Below, piece after piece: positions 1 through 10,064 of a stretch of 43,122 nt of DNA (positions are counted from its first letter, which is position 1; each line of letters starts with the position of its first letter). The notes beneath the pieces are model-generated. The model saw only the letters and a list, made by a program, of their open reading frames with translations, was not told the DNA's origin and did not search any database. Source of the DNA: Bdellovibrionota bacterium (GTDB lineage Bacteria > Bdellovibrionota_C > UBA2361); contig JBILDU010000011.1 of the NCBI GenBank assembly GCA_044352465.1, forward strand, positions 1 to 43,122. The letters are read 5' to 3'. Made by a program: the position numbers and the translations under genes.

Positions 1-505
1 GCACGACGGACGCATCGAAGAGAGCGCGGAGCTCACTCGGCACTCCCGGTAAGGCCACCGCGAAGACCCCGGGACGAAGCTCGAGAGCGAAAGCTGCCGC
101 GGTTCCGTGAGGATTCGGAATCACCGTAGCGCGCTCGGGAAAGGTCGCCTGTTTGGTATTCGAGGGGTCGAACGTACGTCTTTTTTTAACGTAATAATCT
201 TTGAGATTTTGAAGCGCGCTGTCGCTCACAACAAGTCTCTGCCCGGCGAACTCAGCGAGCGCTTCGCGGGTCAGATCATCGGTCGTTGGACCGAGCCCTC
301 CTGTCACCACGATAAAGGACGCCTCGGCGGCGAGGAATTCGAGACTACGTTGTATCGACGCGATATCGTCGCCGCAGGTGGCCGTGCGCTTCAACATCAA
401 ACCGAGATCGGTCAGGCGTCCGGCGATGAACTGTGAATTAGTGTCGGCCACCCGTCCGTCGAGAAGCTCCGAGCCGGTGGCGAGAACAGCGATTCCATTG
501 GGCAT
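1..505 (-). CDS. cinA: CinA family competence/damage-inducible protein, N-terminal molybdopterin-binding domain (partial, runs off window start)
   Basis: Not in the ORF track. Manual translation from ATG at 505 gives MPNGIAVLATGSELLDGRVADTNSQFIAGRL...VVTGGLGPTTDDLTREALA...NTKQATFP...NPHGTA...LPGVPSEL, with the hallmark CinA motifs GxELLxG-DTN, GGLGPTxDDxT and LPGVPxE. Confidence 0.93.
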   Translation of the reverse strand, partial: MPNGIAVLATGSELLDGRVADTNSQFIAGRLTDLGLMLKRTATCGDDIASIQRSLEFLAAEASFIVVTGGLGPTTDDLTREALAEFAGQRLVVSDSALQNLKDYYVKKRRTFDPSNTKQATFPERATVIPNPHGTAAAFALELRPGVFAVALPGVPSELRALFDASVV

Positions 506-863
506 AACGGAACTATATCGAGAGGGGCCTCCGAATGAAAGAAGCCAAACTGCTTACGCGCACTCCGTCCGACGGACCGCCGCTCAGGTGGACGAATTTT
601 TGGGACAGGCAACGAGTGCCCGTTTGAGCAAGACCCAGGGCGGCGGCGGCCTGTCAGGCCGGCGAGAACTCGCGAAAAGGCTCACGCCGCTGATTCGCCG
701 CGATCCGCCCTTGCCAGAGGCGTCATTTGGCTACGCGCTCTTGTTTTTTTGATGTGGTTTCCAGGGTAGGTAGGTACGAGGTCACTCGCGAACACCTCTG
801 AGCTTCATGCCCTATGGCACACACGTGCGAGGCTACGCAGGTGAAAAATCGCTCCGACAGGCA

Positions 864-2228
864 CTACGCCGGCCGTTTCGCCAACAACTCCGCTTGGGCA
901 AGTCGCACCTGATGGTGGAAGGAGTGAATCGTATCGAGCGCGGCGGTCAGATAGCCTTCGGGAAGAGGGGGAACATTCGACGTCGTCGGGAGGTCGGCTT
1001 TAAGAGGATTCACATATTTCCCCTTATCGTAGAGTGCGAAGTGAAGATGAGGCCCGGTTGCCATCCCGGTAGCGCCAACCGCACCGATTGCTTCGCTTCG
1101 CGACACCGCCGTTCCGACTTTCAGGCCCTTCGCGAACTTGGAGAGATGCATATACTCGGTCGTATATCGACCGCAGTGTTTGATCCGTAAGGTGTGCCCC
1201 CCACCGGTCGTCCACCCCGCGAATACGACCACACCATCTGCAACCGAGCGCACCGGGGTACCGGTCGGCGCTGCGAAGTCAACCCCGTTGTGAGCCCGCT
1301 TTTTTTGAAGTACCGGATGAAAGCGCGCCGTCGTAAACACCGAGCTGATGCGGGTGAATTTGAGGGGATAACGGAGAAATTCGTTCCCTAGAGCAGCACC
1401 GTTCTCCGCATAGTAGCGGAACTTTCCGTCCGCCCCAGCATAACCGATTGCCGCTAAGATTTTATCCCCGGTCCCGATCGAGGCTGCGGTGATCGGACCT
1501 GGGGGAAGAAGCGTTCCAGAGGCATCACGTCGTTCAGTAAAGGAGATTGAAAACGTATCTCCCCATTGAATCGAGCGCTCAAACGCGACGCGGCTGCCGA
1601 AGATGTCGACTAAATCGTCCACGACAGCGTACGGAACATCGAGCTGCTGAGCCGCTAACGCCAGCGACTCGGTGATCATCCCACTCACCGTACGGGGGGT
1701 CTCCGTCGCTACCAACGGGCTAACGGTAGCGGTGTAACCGTTTGTTGAATCCCCGGTTAGCTCAACCACTTTCGCATCAGAAAAGCGGTGTTTGAGACCG
1801 ACGATATCCCCCGAGGCCGAGATCGTGAGCTCAAGAATCGCCCCCTCGCGCAACGTCCCGGCCTTCGGATCGGCCTTGTTCAGCGCATTGAGCGCCAGCA
1901 CACCACCACTTCGAGCGGCTCCGTGTTCGGTCCATATCGAGGAAAAGGAATCACCTCGCTTCACCGTATAAGAGGTCCCCGTTGTCGGCAACGTCACCGC
2001 GCCATCGTTCCGGGGGGGTGCCTCAAGCGCGCCGAGAGGCTCGGTGCCAAGGGTGTCGCTCGGCGGAACTGCCGTTGAGCTCACCTCAGCAGGACTGCTC
2101 GGGGTCGCGAGATCCATCTGACCACCCCGCAGAGCAAACGCGGCGAGAAGCGCACACGCCTGCACGCCGAGCATTCCCACAAGGAAAGACGACACTTTGT
2201 TTTTTCCGATATATTCGGCGATGCTCAT
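864..2228 (-). CDS. M23 family peptidoglycan DD-metalloendopeptidase (MepM-like) with N-terminal anchor and LysM-like segment
   Basis: HNGVD (HxxxD) and TGPHLH (HxH) zinc motifs; RISSVFTTARFHPV; YTVKRGDS LysM-like start; N-terminal hydrophobic helix. Confidence 0.92.
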   Translation of the reverse strand: MSIAEYIGKNKVSSFLVGMLGVQACALLAAFALRGGQMDLATPSSPAEVSSTAVPPSDTLGTEPLGALEAPPRNDGAVTLPTTGTSYTVKRGDSFSSIWTEHGAARSGGVLALNALNKADPKAGTLREGAILELTISASGDIVGLKHRFSDAKVVELTGDSTNGYTATVSPLVATETPRTVSGMITESLALAAQQLDVPYAVVDDLVDIFGSRVAFERSIQWGDTFSISFTERRDASGTLLPPGPITAASIGTGDKILAAIGYAGADGKFRYYAENGAALGNEFLRYPLKFTRISSVFTTARFHPVLQKKRAHNGVDFAAPTGTPVRSVADGVVVFAGWTTGGGHTLRIKHCGRYTTEYMHLSKFAKGLKVGTAVSRSEAIGAVGATGMATGPHLHFALYDKGKYVNPLKADLPTTSNVPPLPEGYLTAALDTIHSFHHQVRLAQAELLAKRPA

Positions 2229-2400
2229 GCGTTGATTTTGATTGGGCAGGGAGATCTGGCTTTTGCTAGATGATTAAACTTCAGCCCGCCTCACTGATTT
2301 CGATTAGCCCGTTTAAAACATCTTTACAATAGGGGACTTTTCGCTAGGTTAGAGCGAGAACGGGTTCGGACGAGGTTCTACCAAGCAAAACGGAGTTGTC

Positions 2401-2862
2401 GTGACATATGTCCTTGGCCTCGACGTCGGCACAAAGCGGGTAGGGGTCGCTCGGGGCGACGAGCGAACAAAGATGGCCTCTCCGCTAGAGACTTACCCAA
2501 AGGCTCAAGGGAAAGCGGAGGCCAAGATAGTGACGCTCGTCGAGCGTGAGGATATCCGCAAGATCATCGTGGGCTTACCCTTAAGCGAGAACGGCGACCT
2601 TAATGAGCAATGCTTGTTGGTTATACGTTTTTGTAGGAGACTCAAGAGAAGGCTCAACGTGCCGATATTTTGTGTCGACGAATATCTTACCTCTGTAGAA
2701 TCTCAAGAGATTTTAGGTCTCTCGGGGAAAAAAGAACGAGCGGTGCGAGCCTTAGGCACGATCGACTCTGTCTCAGCGGCACTCATCCTTAAAACGTACT
2801 TGGAATCCGGCACCTGCTTTGAGGTTCCCGAAATTCCAGCAACCGAGGGTGAGGGACGATAG
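2401..2862 (+). CDS. ruvX: Holliday junction resolvase RuvX / pre-16S rRNA nuclease (YqgF family)
   Basis: LGLDVGTKRVGVA, IVGLPL, VDEYLTS and IDSVSAALIL motifs; GTG start after GGAG; usual position upstream of mltG. Confidence 0.93.
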   Translation: MTYVLGLDVGTKRVGVARGDERTKMASPLETYPKAQGKAEAKIVTLVEREDIRKIIVGLPLSENGDLNEQCLLVIRFCRRLKRRLNVPIFCVDEYLTSVESQEILGLSGKKERAVRALGTIDSVSAALILKTYLESGTCFEVPEIPATEGEGR

Positions 2863-2971
2863 CCTGTCCGGCGAACGTTTCAACGCTCGCCGGGGAGATG
2901 AGTTCATTGAGTCCTCGGGCGAGCCTTGCGGCAACCTCCATGGGCGAACCTCATGGAGGAGGCCTGAGGCG

Positions 2972-3016
2972 GACAGCGAGACAGAGGACAGAGACACGGA
3001 AGACAGAGATACGGAA
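2972..3016. repeat. 3 x 15-bp imperfect tandem repeat upstream of mltG
   Basis: GACAGCGAGACAGAG / GACAGAGACACGGAA / GACAGAGATACGGAA. Confidence 0.8.
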
Positions 3017-3051
3017 CGCTCAACAGGTTTTCGGGGAGAACATCTCACATC

Positions 3052-4059
3052 ATGAAGCCGTTGCTTCGAATATTGCTCATCGTTCTCATTCCAGCGCTCG
3101 TCGCCTTCATCACCTATAAATCGGTTTATACCGCCTTCAATCAGCCGGTGGATCGCAACGATGCAAATCTAACGCTCGTTGAGATTGAAGCTAATTCAAC
3201 TTTCCGCGATATCTGCAAGAAGATCGCCTCCGCCGGATTCCTCAAGCATTGGTGGGTGCTCGAAGCGCTCGCGCGCCTGAAGAAGATCGATAAAAGCGTC
3301 AATGCCGGGGAATATCAATTCAGCCGTAACATGACCCCAACTGATATCCTGCAAAAGCTCACGTCAGGTGATGTCTTGAAGCGCCGGATAACGATCCGAG
3401 AAGGGCTCTCGATATGGGAGATCGGCGGTCTTGTCGAAGAGGCCGGTATTTTAACCAAAAATGAATTCGATCAAGCGATCGCCGATCCCAAATTACTCGC
3501 GATCGCCGGGCTCAACGCCCCAAGTTTTGAAGGCTACCTCTTCCCCGAAACGTATTTCTTTTCCCGGCCAACGACGCCAAAAGCGATTATCTTTACGATG
3601 CTTGAGCAAGGCGAGCGAAACTGGCCGGCGGAGTTCACCGCTCGTTCAGATGAACTGAACCTCACCCGCCACGAGGTTATCACTCTCGCCTCGATCATCG
3701 AGAAGGAATCGGGGAACGTGGATGAGCAACCGCTCATCTCCTCGGTATTTCACAATCGCCTCAATCAAGGGATGAAGCTTCAAGCCGACCCGACCGTGAT
3801 ATACGGTATTCAGAACTTCAATGGGAATCTCACCAAGCAAGATCTTCAAACACCGACCCCTTACAATACCTATACGAACTTTGGATTGCCTCCCGGACCG
3901 ATAGCGAATCCAGGGGCATCAGCGATCAAAGCAGCCCTACACCCAAAGGAGACTTCGTTTCTTTTCTTTGTCGCTGATGGCAACGGCAACCATGTGTTCT
4001 CGACGACCCTGCAAGAACATAATGAAGCGGTGCGACGCTATCAACTCAACGGCCAATAA
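3052..4059 (+). CDS. mltG: Endolytic murein transglycosylase MltG
   Basis: N-terminal TM helix; EGYLFPETY, LASIIEKE (catalytic Glu), LQADPTVIYG, PYNTY..GLPPGPIANPG and HVFSTTLQEH motifs. Confidence 0.96.
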   Translation: MKPLLRILLIVLIPALVAFITYKSVYTAFNQPVDRNDANLTLVEIEANSTFRDICKKIASAGFLKHWWVLEALARLKKIDKSVNAGEYQFSRNMTPTDILQKLTSGDVLKRRITIREGLSIWEIGGLVEEAGILTKNEFDQAIADPKLLAIAGLNAPSFEGYLFPETYFFSRPTTPKAIIFTMLEQGERNWPAEFTARSDELNLTRHEVITLASIIEKESGNVDEQPLISSVFHNRLNQGMKLQADPTVIYGIQNFNGNLTKQDLQTPTPYNTYTNFGLPPGPIANPGASAIKAALHPKETSFLFFVADGNGNHVFSTTLQEHNEAVRRYQLNGQ

Positions 4060-4142
4060 TCGGGGGTGCGAACGTTGCTCAAACAGCCGATGGCGGAGCA
4101 GCGCGCCGTAACGAGCACGCCAAGTAAAGAGGAGCGGGCCCG

Positions 4143-6197
4143 GTGAGTATCGTCGATACCATCAATGCGGTGCATGAGCGGCTCACCCGCCATTACCGCA
4201 TCACCAAGACACTTGAGATCTTCGTCGCCGTAAGTTACGCGGCGCTTGCCGGAACTCTCGTAGGATACGTGTCGCCGCTCCTCGGATGGTGTGTCGGGCT
4301 CGGCTTCCTCCTTGCCGGCGGCTCTCTCGCATGGAAGCGGGGAATCTTCACTTCTCCTTCGATAGAAGACGCCAGCTCGCTCATCGACCGAAAGTTTGCG
4401 ACGCAGGACCGTGCTCTCACCCTCGCCGCAACATGGAACGCTGCCGGTGAAGCGGAAAAAGCGCTTCTGGAGCGACAGCTCGACGCGATTGTCCCTCGCT
4501 TCGATGAGGAAATGGCTATTCCGCTGGCCGTCTCTCGGGGGCTCAGACGCGCACTCGCCACACTTCCTGTGGTCTGGTTCATCACCTTTTATCTCAACAG
4601 TATCGCCACGAGCGTGCCACCAGCCGAATCACAAGCCGCACTCATCACGACACTGCTCGAGGAACGCACCGATCTTCCACTCTCCGTGCGCGAGAGCCTG
4701 GTCGATTTAAAGGAGACCCTTGAAACAAAGCCTCTGACCGACGCGGCTGTCATCGAGGCACTCAAAGCGGCCCAAGCCCAGATCGATACGGCGCAGACAG
4801 GCGCTGGTTCGACCACTGACGGTGGCGAGGAAGAGACGGTGGAGGAAAGCGAGAGCCCTGCGGCATCGGGAGAGGGGGACCTCGCCGCGGAGTCCCCCGG
4901 GGAGATCGCTCCGATCCGCAACGGCCCGACGCCGACCCCCGAACCGACAGCGACACCGTTGCCTCGCACCGATGCACCACCTCCTCAATCGTCTTTACCA
5001 CCTGAAGACCGGGCCGAGGAGAAAACTCCCGAGCCGCAGCCTCAAAAGGAGAAGGCCGCGGAAGAGCCAGCCTCTGAAGATACCGACGTTCAAAATTCCC
5101 AACCAGCAGCGCAAGGGGCAAGCGCGGATCAGCAGGAGACGCGCTCTCAGACCGAGAGCGGGGCGGGGGAGAATCAAAGCCAACAGCAAAACTCAAGCGG
5201 CCAAGCCGGAAAAAGCGGTGGTGACGCGGGTAAAGAGCAGAGCCAAGGAGAGGGCCAAGAACAGGGCCAGGAGAGCTCTCAACAGGGCCAAAGCGGTGAT
5301 GGCGACGGAGACGGAGCTTCCTCCGCGCAAGGCGGTCAGCAGTCTGGAAAAAGTGGTGGTCAACGCGGCGCGGATGGAAGCTCTAGCCAACGGTCTCAGC
5401 CGAGCCCCCAAGGTCAGTCGGGCAAGAGCGGGGCCGGGAAAGAGGGGGACTCCGGGGCGAAGGCAGGGACCTCGGGAGCACAATCGGGCCAGACTACTAC
5501 CAGCGGAAAAGAGAGTGGGCTCGCACAGGCTCAAGAAACTTTAAACCAGATCGAGCAGCAGTTAAAAGCCGAACAACAGGGGGACCAAAAGGGTGACCAA
5601 GCCGGCGAGAAAGAGGGGCAAGCTCCCGGCGACAAGGGAGACTCGCCGTCTGGTGATCCGTCCGGTAAAAGCGGCGCGAAGCCCGGTAAGGCCGATAAAG
5701 AAGCCCCTTCCGGGAAAGGCCAAGGCGCCGGACAAAAGGCCGGTCAGGATCCCGCCGCACAAGAGGGGGCGAAAAAAGACTCCCGAAACGAGGGCCGCGG
5801 TCAAGGAGGTCAAAACGGTTCCCCGCCGAAAAAATCGCCGAGCTCCAGCACGGCGCCAGGTGACAACGAGCCGCGCGAAGAGTTCGGTGACGCGCCACAG
5901 CTCCCGACCGGAAGCAGTCTTCCCCAAGAGAACGATGCGGCGCTGGGCGAAGGAGATGGGAGTGGTGGACGGGGTAGCGGGCTCGGTGATCGCAAAGGAT
6001 TTAAGGACACCGAGATTAAGACGGGCGACGAGAGTTACGACTCCCGCTTCACCGGGGTCGACGGCAAAATCGGACTCAACAAAGCACCGGCGCGCCCTAA
6101 AACTCGACTCGAGGATGTGAAACTGGCCAAACCGGATCCGCTCAAAGACCCCGCGGATCAACCGATTCCGCTCGAGTATCGGGATATTTTAGAGTGA
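4143..6197 (+). CDS. Membrane-anchored protein with long Q/G/S/E low-complexity tail (DUF4175-like partner of MoxR/vWA clusters)
   Basis: Three N-terminal hydrophobic segments, IDRKFATQDRALT motif, long disordered region and C-terminal IPLEYRDIL resembling the VPxxYR motif of such proteins; GAGGAG SD before the GTG start. Confidence 0.7.
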   Translation: MSIVDTINAVHERLTRHYRITKTLEIFVAVSYAALAGTLVGYVSPLLGWCVGLGFLLAGGSLAWKRGIFTSPSIEDASSLIDRKFATQDRALTLAATWNAAGEAEKALLERQLDAIVPRFDEEMAIPLAVSRGLRRALATLPVVWFITFYLNSIATSVPPAESQAALITTLLEERTDLPLSVRESLVDLKETLETKPLTDAAVIEALKAAQAQIDTAQTGAGSTTDGGEEETVEESESPAASGEGDLAAESPGEIAPIRNGPTPTPEPTATPLPRTDAPPPQSSLPPEDRAEEKTPEPQPQKEKAAEEPASEDTDVQNSQPAAQGASADQQETRSQTESGAGENQSQQQNSSGQAGKSGGDAGKEQSQGEGQEQGQESSQQGQSGDGDGDGASSAQGGQQSGKSGGQRGADGSSSQRSQPSPQGQSGKSGAGKEGDSGAKAGTSGAQSGQTTTSGKESGLAQAQETLNQIEQQLKAEQQGDQKGDQAGEKEGQAPGDKGDSPSGDPSGKSGAKPGKADKEAPSGKGQGAGQKAGQDPAAQEGAKKDSRNEGRGQGGQNGSPPKKSPSSSTAPGDNEPREEFGDAPQLPTGSSLPQENDAALGEGDGSGGRGSGLGDRKGFKDTEIKTGDESYDSRFTGVDGKIGLNKAPARPKTRLEDVKLAKPDPLKDPADQPIPLEYRDILE

Positions 6198-6213
6198 CAG
6201 GGAAGTGGCGCAA

Positions 6214-6258
6214 AGCGAAATCGATTCCGCTGAAATCAGCACTGCTGAGATCGAGTCG
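6214..6258. repeat. 3 x 15-bp imperfect tandem repeat upstream of moxR
   Basis: AGCGAAATCGATTCC / GCTGAAATCAGCACT / GCTGAGATCGAGTCG. Confidence 0.55.
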
Positions 6259-6319
6259 ATCGAGTAAAGTCTACACCGTGAAGGCATCACGGGGTCTATG
6301 AGGAACAAGGCCGAACTTT

Positions 6320-7324
6320 ATGGCAAATACAGAGATACGAGACTTAGAGGAAGCGATCTACGAATTTAATTCGGCGTTCGCAACGGTAGAGAACGAGGTC
6401 GGGCGAGTTATGGTCGGCATGAAGGATGTCGTCCGACGCACCTTGTCGTCGGTCTTCGCGGGCGGTCACGTCCTCCTCGAGGGAGTCCCCGGCCTCGGGA
6501 AAACGCTCCTGGTCAAATCGATCGCCCGGTCGCTTGGACTCAGCTTCAAACGGATTCAGTTCACCCCCGACCTGATGCCCTCCGACGTCACCGGAACCCA
6601 GGTCCTTCAGGAGGATGCCACCGGGAAGCGTTCGTTTGTTTTTAAACCTGGACCGATATTCGCGAATATCGTCCTCGCCGACGAAATCAACCGCGCGACA
6701 CCGAAAACCCAATCTGCGCTCCTCGAAGCGATGGAGGAACGCCAGATCACCGTGCTCGACGAAACTCATCGCCTCGTTCAACCGTTCTTTGTACTGGCAA
6801 CCATGAACCCGGTTGAACTCGAGGGAACCTACCCGCTGCCGGAGGCACAGCTCGACCGCTTTCTTGTCAAAATCCTGGTCGCCCCTCCGTCGTCGGCCGA
6901 ATTGAAGGAGATTTTGAGCCGTACTACCGGCGTCGAGGTTCCCCAAGCCCAATCGGTATTCGCCGCCGACGAGGTCGTCGGAAGGGTCGAATCGATGAAG
7001 CGTCTCGTCCGTCACGTCGTCGTTGCCGGACCGATGCAGGAGGGACTGGTGCGAATGATCGCAGCGCTTACCCCCGGGAGTGATTTTGCAACTGAAAAAG
7101 TCACTCGATATGTCCGCTTCGGTCCCGGTCCACGAGGTGCTCAAGCGGTCATGATGTGCGGCAAGGTTTCGGCGATCCTGGATGGTCGGATAAACCTTTC
7201 CTTCGACGATATTCGCTCCAGTATTATTCCGGCGCTTCGGCACCGCCTGATTTTAAACTTTCAGGCCGAAGCCGATGGGATCTCGGCCGACGACATCATC
7301 GCCGAGGTCAAGAACGCGAAGTAA
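6320..7324 (+). CDS. moxR: MoxR family AAA+ ATPase
   Basis: GHVLLEGVPGLGKT (Walker A), RIQFTPDLMPSD, LADEINRATPKTQSALLEAM and EGTYPLPEAQLDRF. Confidence 0.96.
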   Translation: MANTEIRDLEEAIYEFNSAFATVENEVGRVMVGMKDVVRRTLSSVFAGGHVLLEGVPGLGKTLLVKSIARSLGLSFKRIQFTPDLMPSDVTGTQVLQEDATGKRSFVFKPGPIFANIVLADEINRATPKTQSALLEAMEERQITVLDETHRLVQPFFVLATMNPVELEGTYPLPEAQLDRFLVKILVAPPSSAELKEILSRTTGVEVPQAQSVFAADEVVGRVESMKRLVRHVVVAGPMQEGLVRMIAALTPGSDFATEKVTRYVRFGPGPRGAQAVMMCGKVSAILDGRINLSFDDIRSSIIPALRHRLILNFQAEADGISADDIIAEVKNAK

Positions 7325-7329
7325 TCGAT

Positions 7330-8211
7330 ATGCTGCCAGCAGTCTTCACCCCCGAATTGCTGCATACCTTGGAGCTTCTCCAGATTCGCTCCCGTCGGGC
7401 GTTTCTGGGAACTCGCCAAGGCGGACACCTCTCGGTGAAGCGGGGGCACGGTATCGAGTTTTCGGACTACCGCAAATACGAACTCGGTGACAGCCCCCGC
7501 CATATCGACTGGGGGGTCTACGCGCGGAGCGATCGCCTCTACGTGAAGCGTTTCCAAGAGGAGCAAGATCTCTCCGTTCTCATCATCATCGATACGAGCG
7601 CTTCGATGATTACACCCGCCGAGGACCGTAAATGGGAGACGGCGCGTGACATCGCCCTTGCCCTGGGGTACATCGCCCTGATGCAACAAGATGGGGTTTC
7701 CCTTGCAGCCCCCGGACATCTCCTTACTCCCCGCCTCAGTGGCGCCCGCGCGATCCATCAATTAGGCCAACTGGTGACCGAACTAACGGTCGACGGGAGT
7801 GCTGATTTCGTCGCTGGAGTAAAGCAAGCCGCGACCGCCGTTCGCTTTCCCGGAGTTGCGATCGTTATCTCGGACTTCTTGATGCCGTTCGAGCAAATCC
7901 AAGAGGTATTTAATATTCTGCGGGCGCGCAATCTGGACACCTCGGCCATTCAGGTTCTCGGAGCCAACGATCTTGAACCGCTCAAAGGGGCCACTGATGT
8001 GGTCGCGGTCGATAGTGAAACCGGCGAGGAGGTTACCCTGAGCTTGTCTGCAGCCGAACGGGAGGAATATAGCTGGCTCCTGGAGCAACACACCAAGCGA
8101 CTCGCCGAATTTCTCGCGAGCTCACGGATTAGCTTCACCCGAACAACGGCGAGCGAATCGCTCGGTGATTTTATCGTCCAAAATCTCACACGCACGGGGC
8201 TCGTCGCATGA
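7330..8211 (+). CDS. DUF58 domain-containing protein
   Basis: GIEFSDYRKYELGDSPRHIDWGVYARSDRLYVKRF, IDTSASM and ISDFL. The ATG at 7330, just after the moxR stop, is preferred over the track start at 7156. Confidence 0.93.
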   Translation: MLPAVFTPELLHTLELLQIRSRRAFLGTRQGGHLSVKRGHGIEFSDYRKYELGDSPRHIDWGVYARSDRLYVKRFQEEQDLSVLIIIDTSASMITPAEDRKWETARDIALALGYIALMQQDGVSLAAPGHLLTPRLSGARAIHQLGQLVTELTVDGSADFVAGVKQAATAVRFPGVAIVISDFLMPFEQIQEVFNILRARNLDTSAIQVLGANDLEPLKGATDVVAVDSETGEEVTLSLSAAEREEYSWLLEQHTKRLAEFLASSRISFTRTTASESLGDFIVQNLTRTGLVA

Positions 8212-10064
8212 ACCTCTTCGGTGGCTGGGCACTATCGACGCCGATACTTCTGGCGCTCCTCCCGGGAGCGATCGCCGGACTGGTCTATGCCTACCGGCGG
8301 TACGGCCGCGGGCTTCGCCGACCGGTGGGAACGGTGTTCCTTCTCAAGGCCCTCGAACGAACCCCCTCAGCGCGGCGGCAATTCAAGCCGCCACCCCGGT
8401 TCTTCCTTGAACTGCTCCTGCTCACGCTCCTCATCATCGGAGGAGCCGGATTGTACAATCGCGCAGGGGGAGAGCGGGTGCTCGTGCTGCTCGACAACTC
8501 CCTCAGTATGGGGGTCGTACCTCCAGGGGAAGGACAGAACGTACTCGAGCGCTCGCGTAGCCTGGCCCAAAGCGTCATCGAATCACTCCCAAGCGACACT
8601 CAGATCGCCGTTACGACAACAGGAGCACCAGCCGTAGAGGGCTTTCTCGATCTCGCGGGAGCCGCTCAAGCGATCGACGATGTCGCGGTAGGATATCACG
8701 CCGATAATCTTGAGCGTCTCCTCGCCCGTTTCGGGAGCGACGCTCGATTCGACCGAGTTATCGCATTTACCGACCGGCAGCCCCAGTTTGCGAGCCCGGA
8801 GAGTCGCTCCCGGCTTGAGGTGCAGACGCTGCGGCGTGCCCCAAGCTCTAACATCGCGGTAAGCGATGTTGCCATCCGCACGACTCCCACAGGGACACAA
8901 AATGTTCGGGCGGTCCTGAGCTCTTACGCGGAGCAAGCGGTCGATCTCGGCGTCGTACTCGAAGCGATCGACCCCGACGGTAGCGTGACGGTGGTCAAAC
9001 GGGAAACGGTCGCACTTGCTCCGGGAACCAGTCGCGCCCTCGAATTCAACGACCTGACCCGCGCCGTCGTGGCTTACCGAGTAGCGCTCGTCTCACCGCC
9101 GGGTCAGCGTGCGCAGTTCAACGCACTCAGCGCCGATGACGAAGGATGGGTGGGCGCAGCGCCGTCCTCTGAGGCGATTATCGTCGTAAGCGATCTTTCG
9201 AGTGAGGCTCTCGGACTGACCCGTCTCCGCCACCTTCGCTTCAAGGTTATGAAACCGAGCGATTGGAGCGAAGAATCCGCGGCGGCGACCCGGACCGTGG
9301 TCTTTCACCGGTTCACACCGCCCACGCTTCCACCGGTGAATGCTCTTTTTGTTATGCCGCCAACTGGAGGTCCGTTTGAAGTCGGCCCGCCACTTGCCGA
9401 TACAGCGATCACCCGCTGGAATGTGGCGGATCCATTGGCTAGTTACCTCAACCTACCAGCGCTTCTTCTCAATGCAGTGACGCCGCTCTCCCTGCCTCCG
9501 TGGGGACGGGAGGCGATCGCAACAACGGGTGGTGTCGCCGCTTTCACCGGGTCCCACAACGGCAATCGCATTATCGTGACCGGCTTTGAGATCTTTCCGT
9601 ACGAAGGTTCGCGGAGTCGGCTGATGAGTATTCTGACATTGAATGCGCTCGGTTGGCTTGCTGATACGAGCATCGGCTTCGAGCCGACGGGAACGCGGGT
9701 GGAGCTCAGTCAGACGATCGATCGAGTCCGCTACAGCCCGGGCGAGACCGTGTGGCAAAGAGGCGATCCGCAACTAGACAGCATCGTTCTCGAACACCCT
9801 GGGGTTGTGGCGATTAAAAATTCGGACGGTTCAGAGACCGCTCGAGTAGTAAATTTTTTCGATGAGCGGGAATCGAACACCCTCACTCCCGCACCGTTTA
9901 CCGTTGAGCGAGTGACTCCAGCAGACCGGGGCAACGAAATGGAACGTCGCTACCTGGCTCCCGCTATCGCAATTCTCGGGCTCCTTCTGTTGCTGCTCGA
10001 TCTGTTTCTCTTCGTGCCGGGGCGCCCCAGCTCAAGCCTCACCGAGGTGAGGAGTGACGTATGA
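8208..10064 (+). CDS. BatA-like N-terminal double-TM + vWA domain protein
   Basis: N-terminal hydrophobic BatA-type segment, MIDAS LLDNSLSM, FTD, C-terminal ESNTL and TM helix; 4-bp ATGA overlap with the upstream gene. Confidence 0.8.
   Translation: MNLFGGWALSTPILLALLPGAIAGLVYAYRRYGRGLRRPVGTVFLLKALERTPSARRQFKPPPRFFLELLLLTLLIIGGAGLYNRAGGERVLVLLDNSLSMGVVPPGEGQNVLERSRSLAQSVIESLPSDTQIAVTTTGAPAVEGFLDLAGAAQAIDDVAVGYHADNLERLLARFGSDARFDRVIAFTDRQPQFASPESRSRLEVQTLRRAPSSNIAVSDVAIRTTPTGTQNVRAVLSSYAEQAVDLGVVLEAIDPDGSVTVVKRETVALAPGTSRALEFNDLTRAVVAYRVALVSPPGQRAQFNALSADDEGWVGAAPSSEAIIVVSDLSSEALGLTRLRHLRFKVMKPSDWSEESAAATRTVVFHRFTPPTLPPVNALFVMPPTGGPFEVGPPLADTAITRWNVADPLASYLNLPALLLNAVTPLSLPPWGREAIATTGGVAAFTGSHNGNRIIVTGFEIFPYEGSRSRLMSILTLNALGWLADTSIGFEPTGTRVELSQTIDRVRYSPGETVWQRGDPQLDSIVLEHPGVVAIKNSDGSETARVVNFFDERESNTLTPAPFTVERVTPADRGNEMERRYLAPAIAILGLLLLLLDLFLFVPGRPSSSLTEVRSDV

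Noticed and set aside
107..436. + strand ORFs 107-436 and 378-752
   Set aside because: These are antisense shadows of cinA, which is encoded on the - strand.
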